NCBI RefSeq assembly: GCF_006345805.1
Contig: NC_043003.1
Location: forward strand, 112,158,001-112,222,000
Direction: 5' to 3'
Length of the DNA: 64,000 nt
Source of the DNA: Octopus sinensis
Lineage: Eukaryota
The position numbers and the translations under genes are program-made. Shown here piece after piece: positions 51,511 to 64,000 of the stretch; the first letter of the stretch is position 1; each line of letters opens with the position of its first letter. The notes under the pieces are model-generated. The model did no database searches. It was not told the origin of the DNA and worked only from the letters and a program-made list of their open reading frames with translations.

Positions 51511-51822
51511 GACTCCGCCGGTTACGACGACGAGGGTCCCAGCTGATACGATCAACGGAACAGCTTGCTCGTGAAATTAACGTGCAAATGGCTGAGCATT
51601 CCACAGACACGTGTACCCTTAACGTAGTTCTCGGGGATAATCAGCGTGACACAGAGAGTGACAAGGCTGACCCTTTGAAATACAAGTACAACTCATTTTT
51701 GCCAGCTGAGTGGACTGGAGCAACGTGAAATAAAGTGTCTTGCTCAAGGACACAACGTGTCGCCGGGAATCGAACTCACAACCTTACGATCATGAGCCGA
51801 ATGCCCTAACCACTAAGCCACG
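51511..51822 (-). mobile_element. Full-length tRNA-derived SINE (copy 1)
   Basis: The minus-strand head cgTGGCTTAGTGGttagggcattcggctcatgatcgtaaggttgtgaGTTCGATTCCcgg has Pol III A and B boxes. It is followed by a conserved-type central domain gtgtccttgagcaagacactt...ccagtccactcagctg. Confidence 0.9.
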
Positions 51823-51901
51823 CATATATCTATATACATATATATAGATATATGTATGTGTATGTGTATATATATATGTATATATATATATATATATATA
51901 G

Positions 51902-51933
<32 letters not shown>

Positions 51934-52206
51934 ATATGTATGTGTGTGTGTGTGTATGTATATGTGTGCGTGTGTGTGTGTATATATGTATACATATGTG
52001 TATAGGTATAAGTGAGAATCTCCTTATTTACCTAAAACTCTATTCTTTCATTCTTTTATATATTCTTTTATCTAATTTACCACTGACTCCTTGACCACTC
52101 CCCCAAGTATGATATTTTAGCGCTATGCCTACTCCTAAAAAGTCCCCCACCACCACCCCTTTAAACCTGCCTAAATGTATAAATGCCAATACAATTCTTG
52201 TTAACT

Positions 52207-52257
52207 AGCTTCCTGAAGATTTCTCTTGAATGAAACAGTTCTAGTCCTGTAGAAGCT
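52207..52257 (+). ncRNA. Type I hammerhead ribozyme motif, copy 1; predicted cleavage GUA| after 52251
   Basis: Stem I agcttc/gaagct; core CTGAAGA at 52213-52219; stem II t-ttc[tctt]gaa-t; GAA-A; stem III acag[ttctagtc]ctgt; H17=A. All three stems pair and the core is at consensus. Confidence 0.8.
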
Positions 52258-52297
52258 CCTTCTATATAATAAATTATATATATATATATATTTAAAA

Positions 52298-52609
52298 GAC
52301 TCCGCCGGTTACGACGACGAGGGTCCCAGCTGATACGATCAACGGAACAGCTTGCTCGTGAAATTAACGTGCAAATGGCTGAGCATTCCACAGACACGTG
52401 TACCCTTAACGTAGTTCTCGGGGATAATCAGCGTGACACAGAGAGTGACAAGGCTGACCCTTTGAAATACAAGTACAACTCATTTTTGCCAGCTGAGTGG
52501 ACTGGAGCAACGTGAAATAAAGTGTCTTGCTCAAGGACACAACGCGTCGCCGGGAATCGAACTCACAACCTTACGATCATGAGCCGAATGCCCTAACCAC
52601 TAAGCCACG
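52298..52609 (-). mobile_element. Full-length tRNA-derived SINE (copy 2)
   Basis: Duplicate of 51511-51822. Confidence 0.9.
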
Positions 52610-52986
52610 CATATATCTATATACATATATATAGATATATGTATGTGTATGTGTATATATATATGTATATATATATATATAATATATATATAATATATAT
52701 ATATATATGTGTGTGTGTGTATATGTATGTGTGTGTATGTATATGTGTGCGTGTGTGTGTGTATATATGTATACATATGTGTATAGGTATAAGTGAGAAT
52801 CTCCTTATTTACCTAAAACTCTATTCTTTTATTCTTTATATATTCTTTTATCTAATTTACCACTGACTCCTTGACCACTCCCCCAAGTATGATATTTTAG
52901 CGCTATGCCTACTCCTAAAAAGTCCCCCGCCACCACCCCTTTAAACCTGCCTAAATGTATAAATGCCAATACAATTCTTGTTAACT

Positions 52987-53037
52987 AGCTTCCTGAAGAT
53001 TTCTCTTGAATGAAACAGTTCTAGTCCTGTAGAAGCT
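52987..53037 (+). ncRNA. Type I hammerhead ribozyme motif, copy 2; predicted cleavage after 53031
   Basis: Identical to 52207-52257, offset by 780 nt. Confidence 0.8.
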
Positions 53038-53054
53038 CCTTCTATATAATAAAT

Positions 53055-53091
<37 letters not shown>

Positions 53092-53699
53092 ATGTGTGTG
53101 TGTATGTGTGTGTGTGTGTGTTTGTGTGCGCGTGTGTGTGTGTGTGTGCATATAAAGTCAGAGAGAAAGAAAGAGAGTGCAAGAGAAAGCCAGAGAGAGA
53201 GAGAGAGAGATAGGGCAAGCGTGATTACACACGTTTCTGTGATTACTCTTTCGAGTATTTTTATGTTTATCTTCCCGGATATTAGTGTAAGTGTGTATGT
53301 GTTTAGAAAATTAAGTGTCGGTTTGAGAATAGTTGTATATATATGCATGCTATGTTCGTATTCACTTTTGTGTCTTCTTTTTTTTTACATATCAATCTAT
53401 CGATATTCTATAGGAAATTGATTGTTGCTATGAAGTTTACATTTCCCAAGCTATAAAATATAGAAATTTTCATTACATCAAAGATTTAGAGACAGCAGAG
53501 AGAAAAAGAATACAAGTTCACTTTCCAAACAAAGTATTTCAACAATTGTTGATAATTAAATGACTTACATATATTTATCATGTGATATAAAGTGATACAC
53601 TGAATGGACACATAATATTGATTAGTGCTGCTCATATTTGCAACGTACCATCATGAAACGGTAGGTGATTAGGGCATATGTATGTGTGTGCATATGGAC

Positions 53700-53761
<62 letters not shown>

Positions 53762-53789
53762 AATATTTATATATATACATATATACACG

Positions 53790-53824
<35 letters not shown>

Positions 53825-53902
53825 ATATGTATATACTTTTATGTATATATATAATAGAAAAATAGTTACTGTTATATATGCATACGTATGTATATGTCCA
53901 TT

Positions 53903-53960
<58 letters not shown>

Positions 53961-54145
53961 GTTTGTGTGTGTGTGTGTGCATGTATATAGATTAGAGCTT
54001 TATAAGAGTATATGTAACTATTTAATGCGGCATGTTATTGCAGAATAGTATGCATGATTTATATCTACAATATCAATATTTTATCTTCGTTTCCAGTAAG
54101 TGTAGATAAGTGTTAATATATACTCATATGAAAAAAAGATACATA

Positions 54146-54193
<48 letters not shown>

Positions 54194-54291
54194 ACATATA
54201 TGTGTGCTTGTATGTAAATATACATATATCTATATATACAGCTATATATACATTTATATGTTTCTGTATGCATATAAACATGTGAGTATAT

Positions 54292-54346
<55 letters not shown>

Positions 54347-54978
54347 TACGTACAAACACACATACATATTAATCTACATATACTATATCCCTTAAAAGTG
54401 GATCTTCTGTTACAATACAAAATGCTGCGACAATTATCATGAGGGAGCCTCCCATACGAGTGTTTTGGTGCATATAAGCACTTTTTTATATCGCCAGCGA
54501 GAGATATATCAACAGCCAAGATTACCAGTTCACGTAATTACGGCTTTACATTTCTAATATGTTCACTGGTTATTCGCCACCCCAGTGACTAATTGGCCAT
54601 TGAGCTTCCAACTACGTACATCGTGGGAATATAATTGTTCAATCTAGAGGTCAAATGTGTACTATTGACAAGACAAGGTAAGGAGGGAATATAGTGATTT
54701 GCAAATCACGGAGGTGGCAATGGCGAGTGATTTATCTTCAGTACTTTTATGCACCAAAAATCACATCTGAGGTGTTCCCTAATGTTAACTGTCACACTAT
54801 TCTGCTTTTTAACAAAACATCGACACTAAGAGGGCATAAATATTTCAATTTGGTGTGTACACTGCTTCTATGGTAAATAATTATATATATGTGTGTGTGT
54901 GTGTGCCTGAATAGAGTTAGCAGTTGTAGTAACCGACTAAAGCATAAAATATCCGTATACACTAACAGTATCCGTTAC

Positions 54979-55067
54979 CTGTGTTATCCCCGGGCAATGA
55001 TGTAGAAGGACATCAAATACCTTGAGCGCAGTTGACAATAAGGTAAACAAAAGTTTATCAGGAGCAA
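54979..55067 (-). CDS. Candidate host-gene exon (89 nt, phase 1 to 0)
   Basis: Strong acceptor ccattttttttattatttgcAG| and donor ACACAG|GTaacg; frame (V)APDKLLFTLLSTALKVFDVLLHHCPGITQ. Confidence 0.5.
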
Positions 55068-55510
55068 CTGCAAATAATAAAAAAAATGGAGAAAAAGATA
55101 GATTAACAAGTACATCGACTTTATTTATTGATACAAAGTAAGACATAACAAAGCTAACAGCTGTTTCTGATCAGATTCCCAGAATCCAGTCTATATATAA
55201 ATGCAAGAATACAATTCTTCATCTTCATATGGCATTCGAATGAAGGTAACCGATCTTCATCAGATTGAAAAGGAAGATCATAGAATATAGACAAAAGGAA
55301 GAAGTAAGAGGTAAGAAAACATGGTTTAGACAAATAGTCCAAGAGCCCAACATGTTAAGTGCAAATAATTATTTACCATCTGAGCTCAAAGAACGTAGAT
55401 GATAGTGAGCTCTTAAAGGACTAGGGAATACCTCAAATTATTAACGGGAGGGTGCTGTTAGGACGGGGTCAGAGTGTTAAAGAAATAAGTTATCCAGAAG
55501 CTCTATGTAT

Positions 55511-56777
<1,267 letters not shown>

Positions 56778-56862
56778 TTGTTTATATCAATAACCAAGCT
56801 TTAAATGTGGTCCAATTGATGTGCTAGTTAATCTATGTTTTTCTAAATATTTACACACACAC

Positions 56863-56936
<74 letters not shown>

Positions 56937-57635
56937 AGGAATTGATTTGACATACAACAATACCAGGCCGGTGGGCCGTGAAGAGCACGGTATTGCTGTT
57001 GACAAGCTGGTAAGATGTAATAACAGCCATAGGTATATAGTATCATTAATACCTTCACCACCAACAAACTTTCAACAAGGAAATTTAACAAGAGAGATAT
57101 TCAACTGTTATTTCAATGTGTCAAATATATGTATAAAATTTAAACATTTTAGGTAAATAAACAAGTCCCTGAAATTAACATCTAACAGTAGATCTAACAG
57201 AATAACAAGCAACATTTTGCTTCATTCTCTACACAAACACAGAAGTCAACATTCTTGGTTTAAGCAGAAATTCAGTGTTTGTCTTTTTTTGTTTTGTTCT
57301 GTTACAACAATAAAATATTAATTTAGATAAGTCAAGATAATTATTCCAAATATGTACATATCTTCATCGTTAAAATTGTGATTAATATAAATATTATTCC
57401 TTATAAACGATAGACTTATTGCGTAGTTTGTCATTAAACACAAACAAATATTTGTTATTTATTAAACCTGTAATTTTAACCTCTTTCACAGAGTTAATAT
57501 ATTCTCTTAAGTCTAAAGAAAAATTTCAAATTTATGGAGAAAATATCAAGAAGACTTTTAAATAAGTGATTTTTTTTTTTTCAGCATTGTATCTCTTAAT
57601 CAAGAAACATGTTGATTTGCTTTCAAACAATTTAC

Positions 57636-57872
57636 CAAATACAATTAATTGTTTAGCTAATCTACAAATTCGTATATCTGTGCCAGTATTGCTATCATTG
57701 TGGTTGCTGTTATTATCCTGAAATAATTGCAATGAGTTTTCCACCAGGAGGTTTTTTGGTATTGGTAACTCATTGTGTCGACATTGCCAGTAGTTCAAAG
57801 GCACCAGTAACATTTTTTCAAATGAATCAATGAATTGTTGAAATAGAAAGTTAAAATTCTTGTAGTAGGAGT
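57636..57872 (-). CDS. Candidate host-gene exon (237 nt, phase 1-1; alternative acceptor at 57717 gives 82 nt)
   Basis: tatttAG|ACTCC...GTATTTG|GTaaat. The open frame is SYYKNFNFLFQQFIDSFEKMLLVPLNYWQCRHNELPIPKNLLVENSLQLFQDNNSNHNDSNTGTDIRICRLAKQLIVF, and it is phase-compatible with the 55067 exon. Confidence 0.45.
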
Positions 57873-58012
57873 CTAAATAGTTTTGGTATTTTGCAGTTAT
57901 GGCAGCAAGTTTACATTAAAATTTAGATCAAAGAAAATATTAAAAAAATAATAAGTAGAAGACAATTTGTGCTGAAGGTGGTTGGAAGAGTTCATGCCAT
58001 GAATATCATATA

Positions 58013-58228
58013 GGCGAGCTAGTAGAATCGTTAGCACGCCGGGCGATATGCGTAGCCGTATTTCGTCCTGGGTTCAAATTCCGCCGAGGTCGTCTTAGCC
58101 TTTCATCCTCTCGGGGTCGATAAATTAAGTACCAGTTGCGCATTGGCGTCGATATAATCGACTTAATTCGTTTGTCTGTCCTTGTTTGTCCGCTCTGTGT
58201 TTAGCCCCTTGTGGGTAGTAAAGAAATA
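58013..58228 (+). mobile_element. Full-length tRNA-derived SINE
   Basis: Head ggcgagctagtagaatcgttagcacgccggg, B box GGTTCAAATTCC, tail ctctgtgtttagccccttgtgggtagtaaagaaata followed by (TA)n. Confidence 0.9.
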
Positions 58229-58230
58229 TA

Positions 58231-58262
<32 letters not shown>

Positions 58263-58469
58263 TACATACATACATACATACATGGTGGCTACCCCCTTGT
58301 TATCGAGTATGGCCATTGCTTAATCAATGTTGTTATCGTACAATGCCTGTGCAAGAAGATTTTTTTTTAAAGTGAGGAAAGGCTGTGCACTGAGTGAATC
58401 CCACTCACTAAGCAACAGCAGCCATAATCGGAAAAGAAGAACAAATCAACATGAACGGTAACAACTGAG

Positions 58470-58830
58470 CCGCAGGTTTTATTTCGGAGTTATCAAAGTT
58501 ACCTGAGTTATCGTCTCCTAGAAGGATGTGCTAACAAAGGCTAGGAGTCCTTCACTCCCAATGGTTTAACCGCGCGATCGGGGTATTCAGTCCGATTATT
58601 TCTATGTCCCCGCGCATCATACAGCCTTAAGACATTTATTGGATGTCCGTTGACTCTCAACAGTTCCTCCGCCCTTTGACGGGTCTTGTTTTTCCTCCCG
58701 CAGGGCGTCCAATAAACATCCTCCTCACCAAGCTTGTTTGGTGAGGGACCCGGTTTAGTCGTCGAGGGCCCGACCATGCAACAGGTTGTACTGGGTTACG
58801 TGTTACCAGTAGCACTCGAAAGTGACCTGA
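58470..58830. mobile_element. GC-rich structured repeat adjacent to (CATA)n, probably a non-LTR element terminus
   Basis: GC content is clearly above background. It contains the hairpin ctcaccaa-gcttgt-ttggtgag and ends in gacctga(CATA)n. Family not identified. Confidence 0.35.
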
Positions 58831-58832
58831 CA

Positions 58833-58864
<32 letters not shown>

Positions 58865-58877
58865 CGCCTATATATAT

Positions 58878-58913
<36 letters not shown>

Positions 58914-59909
58914 AGAGAGAGTGTGACATACATATATATAAATATGCACCCACATATATAATTTAAAGCGGACATTTCCACTTAAACTTAGTACGAACAG
59001 ACACGTTCTAACCAAAGTAACTACTGATTTCTCCTTCCATTTATGCACATATCTACTGACCGAATACACAACGTGTATGCAAAATTCCATACGACTGCAC
59101 TCAAGGCAGTTATTCTCCGGTCGACTATAAGATTCAGATCCAACACAGGGACGGTTCAGAGCGAGGTATAGTAAAACACAGATGGGTTCAGCTGAGAGAG
59201 TGGATAGCGGATGCAGTTTCTAAGTAGATATTTGTGATAATAAACTAATGAACTCGTTCATAACATTTGTGTGTGAGTGTGTATGTGTGTGTGTATGTGT
59301 GTGTGTATGTTTCTGTGTGCATGTATATTATACATAATATATTATATATTAACTTACCGTATTTCATTCCAGTTTTCTATCTCCCGACATTCTCTTCCCT
59401 TGTACTTAATTAGTTCCCGGTATTAATGCTAAAATTTCAGTTCTTTCAGTTCGAAGGGAATGAATATCCTTTAAAGATCTATGTTTGCATAAAATGTTTG
59501 ATAAATCTGATATGAGGATCGATTCAACAATAAACGATTTGTATATTGCACACTTGAATTATTATATCGGATGATGATTACAAAATAGGAAAACGTGTTG
59601 GGGTTTGTATAGTGTAATTCTTTATTAAAAGTGTATTATCCTTCGTCCTAGTTAATACCATTTTAATATACTCTGGAATTTTTTCAAAATTCTCCGACGT
59701 GTAATTTGGGCTTCTTTACATGTCTTGTAGTACAAGGGAGGATGAAAATTTCACTTCATTGTGATTTTATAGACACCTATTCATTGATATTGTTAAGTTT
59801 GGATAGCTGCAATGCGCCTACAAGATGTGTAAACGGCTTTGTGAATCTTATTACTTTATATTATATATGTATATACATATATATAATATAATATATATAT
59901 ATATATATG

Positions 59910-60024
<115 letters not shown>

Positions 60025-60117
60025 CATACATATATATGTGTGTGTCTCTCTATATATATATACATATATATATATAAATTGTTTTACTTGTTTCAGACAG
60101 TAGATCGCAGCAATGTT

Positions 60118-60188
<71 letters not shown>

Positions 60189-60674
60189 AAGAGAGACTTC
60201 TGGTGTATTGGTGTTTATGCAGATAAAAACATGTTCATAATTACATCTGTGTAAATATAAATTGAGAAACGCCGCGAAGGGATGTTCGACGAAATCAATC
60301 CTTTATTGAATCTGAAACCTCTATCTTATTTATCCTTCCATCACGTCAAGTATTTTTTATTACTCATCATCAGATATATATATTATATATATATAATATA
60401 TATATATATATATACATATATTGATTCATTTATTTATTTACATATTCTCGATAAATATATAAATGTATTTCCTTTACAAATTATTCTCTAAGGTATGATG
60501 AGAAATTGTGATTATTATCCAATTCTTTTGCGAAATTGAAGTGTAGCTGTCGAGAAATATTCAAAGCTTATCACAGCTTATCACAATATTCATGATCTTA
60601 GAGGAAATATATCACATAAGACCTTCCGTTTTATGTTTATGGCCACAGTCACCGACGAAAAAATTATCACTTAC

Positions 60675-60824
60675 GTTCAATCAAATATTCAAAATAGTTC
60701 TATCGGTATAAGTTATAGATCTCATTTCTTTTGTCTTATATCTTATCGATTTTTGAAAGAAAATTTGAATTATGAAATGAATATTATCGATTTGTGTTTG
60801 AGAGACAAGAATCCGAAACAGGCA
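60675..60824 (-). CDS. Candidate host-gene exon (150 nt) with a TGA at codon 48
   Basis: tttcctgtttacttaacAG|TGC...AAC|GTAAGT. Frame 0 is open for 47 codons (CLFRILVSQTQIDNIHFIIQIFFQKSIRYKTKEMRSITYTDRTILNI*LN); the other two frames close early. Confidence 0.35.
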
Positions 60825-62549
60825 CTGTTAAGTAAACAGGAAATTATTTAAGCAGTGATATAACTAAGATCTATTAATTCCCCATGCATATAAAGCAACT
60901 CTCACATCACCCGTCTTTGGCTGAAAATTAGTCAATAGAATCGAAAGAAACGAACTCGTGAACATTCCATCATTTAACCATATTGCCACAATCGCTATCG
61001 AACGTGAATGAGATGCTTTGTTACTCGATTTGTCTTACCTCTTTAATGCCAACCGGAGCAAATAACGTGAAACGGAGAAATGTGTTTAATTGTTTCGAAT
61101 AAAATGGATCTTAAAATAGAACCCAAAATGCATTGTAAGATCATAACTCGACAGATGGCCCTTTTGTTTGATATCTATGTCCAAAAGAAGCACAGAAATA
61201 CTTCATACAAATAATAATAAAGCATATCAGTTTAAATTGTTTTCACTCACTCTTGCCATATCTCCACACCGATTCTTCGAGTAATGTCGTGTATGTATTA
61301 CGACAAGACAGTGTGTTTGCTTTCGGGTTAATAACTGTTTCTTTAAGTGTCATTGATGGTGGAATTCATGCGCTATATCATAATTTCTTCTGTATAATGG
61401 AAAAAGAAGTACAAGCGATTTGGCAAAAACGTAGTCAGTAAAACGCATTCTGTGACGAGCAAAGAATTTGCTTACGGCTTCCATGAAGTCCCAATTTCTG
61501 GGCAAAGCAATCCCAGTTATAATGCCGCAGGGAAAGGAATGATTGCAATGTTAACCGTTTACACTTCTCAAAAATATTAGCCAAAAGAAACCAATGCAAA
61601 AGTGGTGGTAGAAAAGCTGCCCTGTTAGTCCTCTTCATTACTGTGCAAGCGGTGCCAAATAACTTCCACAGATAACGGAAGGCACGTAGATGTCTTTACT
61701 TGCAGGACACTAACTAGCTGATGACAAAACAACTAATTTTATCTCACCTAATTTACCGAATATGTTCGTGTATTTATAACTATCACAGAATAGTAAGTAA
61801 GCTCTGATTGAATTCTAGAAATATATTTTTAGTTTTACGATGCCTACCCATTTCTTTTTAAATTATATATTTCCCTCTAAAATATATCATCTTTCGATGG
61901 TAAGGTTGTTTATTTCATAGTACATTACCCAAATACAATTAATTAATGCCCTAACACAGTTAAATCCCCTCTTCGGAGTAAAACTCTGCATTATAAATTA
62001 GGAAATTACTTATAAAAAGGGATCACAGTGTTATTCCAAATTAGCAAATTATTGATAAAAAGGGATCACAGTGTTGATACTTCACAGTGTACAATTGTGG
62101 AACTGAAGGTTGCGTTTAATATAGAGAACTTGTAGGCACTTCATAGATATCTGAAATTTTCAAGTAATCGAATATATACGGAAGAGGCACAGGTCACTCC
62201 CAATGGAAGTGATAATAAGTTTTGATCTTGTCATTCCGTTAGATACAAGAATTAATGAAAGAGTGATTAACACCATATGATTTCTTACAATCTAGTACTA
62301 ATGGCTTTCGATGTGCTTAGAATAATAATATCAATTTAATATAGTAACTTGTATTCACTAGGAAATCACAGAACTTTCCAGCAGGTTGAATTAACGATAA
62401 ATCTAATTTACTACACAGGAAACACCCAAATAAACGTAAGTTAACGATAATCAATTAAATATAGCTTTACTATTTCTACGAGATCAATGGAATTGATTTA
62501 ATGGTTATGATGATTAAAAACATGCTTGTACACATCACTATACACACAT

Positions 62550-62580
<31 letters not shown>

Positions 62581-62595
62581 ATGTATATATATGTG

Positions 62596-62629
<34 letters not shown>

Positions 62630-63479
62630 TAGGAAAAAGCAACAAGAATGGATTAAAATCTCGGTACGAGATTTTAATCCATTCTTGTTGCTTTTTTCCT
62701 ATTTATAATCACCCCACTTGTCGTATGGTTAACACCATATAGATATCCGGTGCATCCTAGTTAAGGACCATATTCATGTGAATTCTTTAGAATTCACTAG
62801 AATCTCAATTACTTAACCGTATATATATATATATACGTGTGTGTGTGTGTGTGTGTGTGTGTGTATTACTGCGTGTATTGCTATGTCTATTGTTAGTTAT
62901 TTAATTTGTTTCTTCGAAGAAGGAGTTAGTTTCTAACAAGATTACAAATCTCCATCGATGGAATGTAGATAACGAAATCAATATCACATTTTAAACCTTA
63001 GAAAAACCTTGCATAGTTTTACTGTTCCGCTTCCAGGTTGTATTTGTAATGTGCGGATCAGTCAGTTAATTTATTTTTACGAAAATCCAAGCTCATGCAG
63101 ACTGACAGTAAAGCATTTACTTACAAAATCAAGTGCACATAGTATCAGTGGTATAAATGTAAATTTTTAATCGGAAGACGAAAGCTGGAGATTTTGATGC
63201 AGGTGTCTATAGTTATCCTCTTCCTCTTAGATCTTCAAAGAGATATTCACATCGGTAGGACAGCCGACATCTGTGAAGATATATACGTTTCTTGTCTATC
63301 CCAATCAACAATATCCGGCTTGTTAAGTTTACGCTTGACAAATGGTTTGACGGCAATGTTCTGCCAGTATTGCTTGAGCTGATATTTGCGTACCTATTCA
63401 ATAACAGGGATTCTCTATATTTGTTCCAGCACAGTTTTTTTCCCCGGATGTCCGTAAAGCCTAAATTTTTCTAACACAT

Positions 63480-64000
63480 ATTTTACGTGCCCTGCTTGTT
63501 AGTCCCGGGTTTGGTTTTTTTAATGAGTATATCATCAAGATATCTAATTACGAATTTACAGTCCGCTAACATTGCATCCAAAATCTGTTGAAAAATTTTC
63601 CGGTGCTACTTTTAAGCCAAATGGTACCCTATTGTACTTACACATCCTTTATTTGTGTTCATTGGTAGGTATTCAGAGCATACATCGTCTACATTAAATT
63701 GTAAGTACGCGCCAGACAGATGCAAGTTAGAAAATACCTTGACCCTGTTTAATTGCACAAGTATGTCCTCTGGAGTAGGCAGTGGAAAATGGCACGTTTT
63801 AACACATTCGTTTATACCACTGGGAAAATCAGCACAAACTCTGATTTTATAATTCTTAACGTACACAGCTGGTGCTGCCCATTGACTATATTCCACTGTT
63901 TTGATAACTTCAGTCTATTCTATTTCTGTAACAGAAAGTTTATCTGATCTAACGTTGCAAAAGGTACCGTTCGTTTCGATTTAAATAACGGTATAGTATT
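63480..64000 (-). pseudogene. Ty3/gypsy LTR-retrotransposon reverse transcriptase fragment
   Basis: VPFA..., EYSQWAAPAVYVK..KIRVCADF..GINEC..CHFPLPTPEDI..LN..KVFS.L.LSGAYLQ, then FQQILDAMLADCKFVIRYLDD (YLDD at plus 63531-63542). Frame-disrupted. Confidence 0.88.

Larger units (their letters stand above)
51490..53075. repeat. Near-perfect tandem duplication, unit ~780-787 bp (SINE + microsatellite + HHR-bearing segment), with junctions in (TA)n
   Basis: gactccgccgg occurs at 51511 and 52298; ttaactagcttcctgaag occurs at 52201 and 52981. There are only a few substitutions (e.g. acaacgtgtc/acaacgcgtc, cccccacc/cccccgcc) plus microsatellite length differences. Confidence 0.92.

Noticed and set aside
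51755-51822. tRNA gene
   Set aside because: It has A and B boxes but continues directly into a SINE body and lacks a proper acceptor stem, so it is a tRNA-derived SINE head. The same applies to 58013 and 40462.
62010-62075. 21-bp direct repeat ataaaaagggatcacagtgtt (also 7023/7071, 9571/9586, 55900, 60565)
   Set aside because: These are short local slippage duplications with no further structure, and common in this kind of genome.

Overview
AT-rich, microsatellite-dense eukaryotic DNA made mostly of transposable-element remnants. The tRNA-derived SINE families resemble those I associate with Octopus/coleoid cephalopods; this is recognition only, not database-verified. Contents in order: (1) a Helitron cluster at 1-7404, with a head-to-tail CTAG|TC junction, a nested minus-strand non-autonomous Helitron, and a 4.2-kb copy encoding a Rep-truncated PIF1-type RepHel pseudogene; (2) many tRNA-SINEs, mariner remnants and Penelope-like (PLE) remnants; (3) a 5.5-kb L1/Tx1-clade LINE embedded in a (GATA)n array, whose 3' tail resembles the tail of one SINE family; (4) an RTE-clade LINE remnant; (5) a Ty3/gypsy RT fragment at the right edge; (6) several candidate minus-strand exons of an unidentified host gene. 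The most notable observations are well-formed type I hammerhead ribozyme motifs. One sits in the loop of a 310-bp element with 100%-identical 106-bp inverted arms (24823-25132). Another occurs twice, 780 nt apart, in a near-perfect tandem duplication that also carries a SINE (51.5-53.1 kb), which resembles a retrozyme. Most short ORFs in the supplied track are microsatellite artefacts. No CRISPR arrays, rRNA or genuine tRNA genes were seen.
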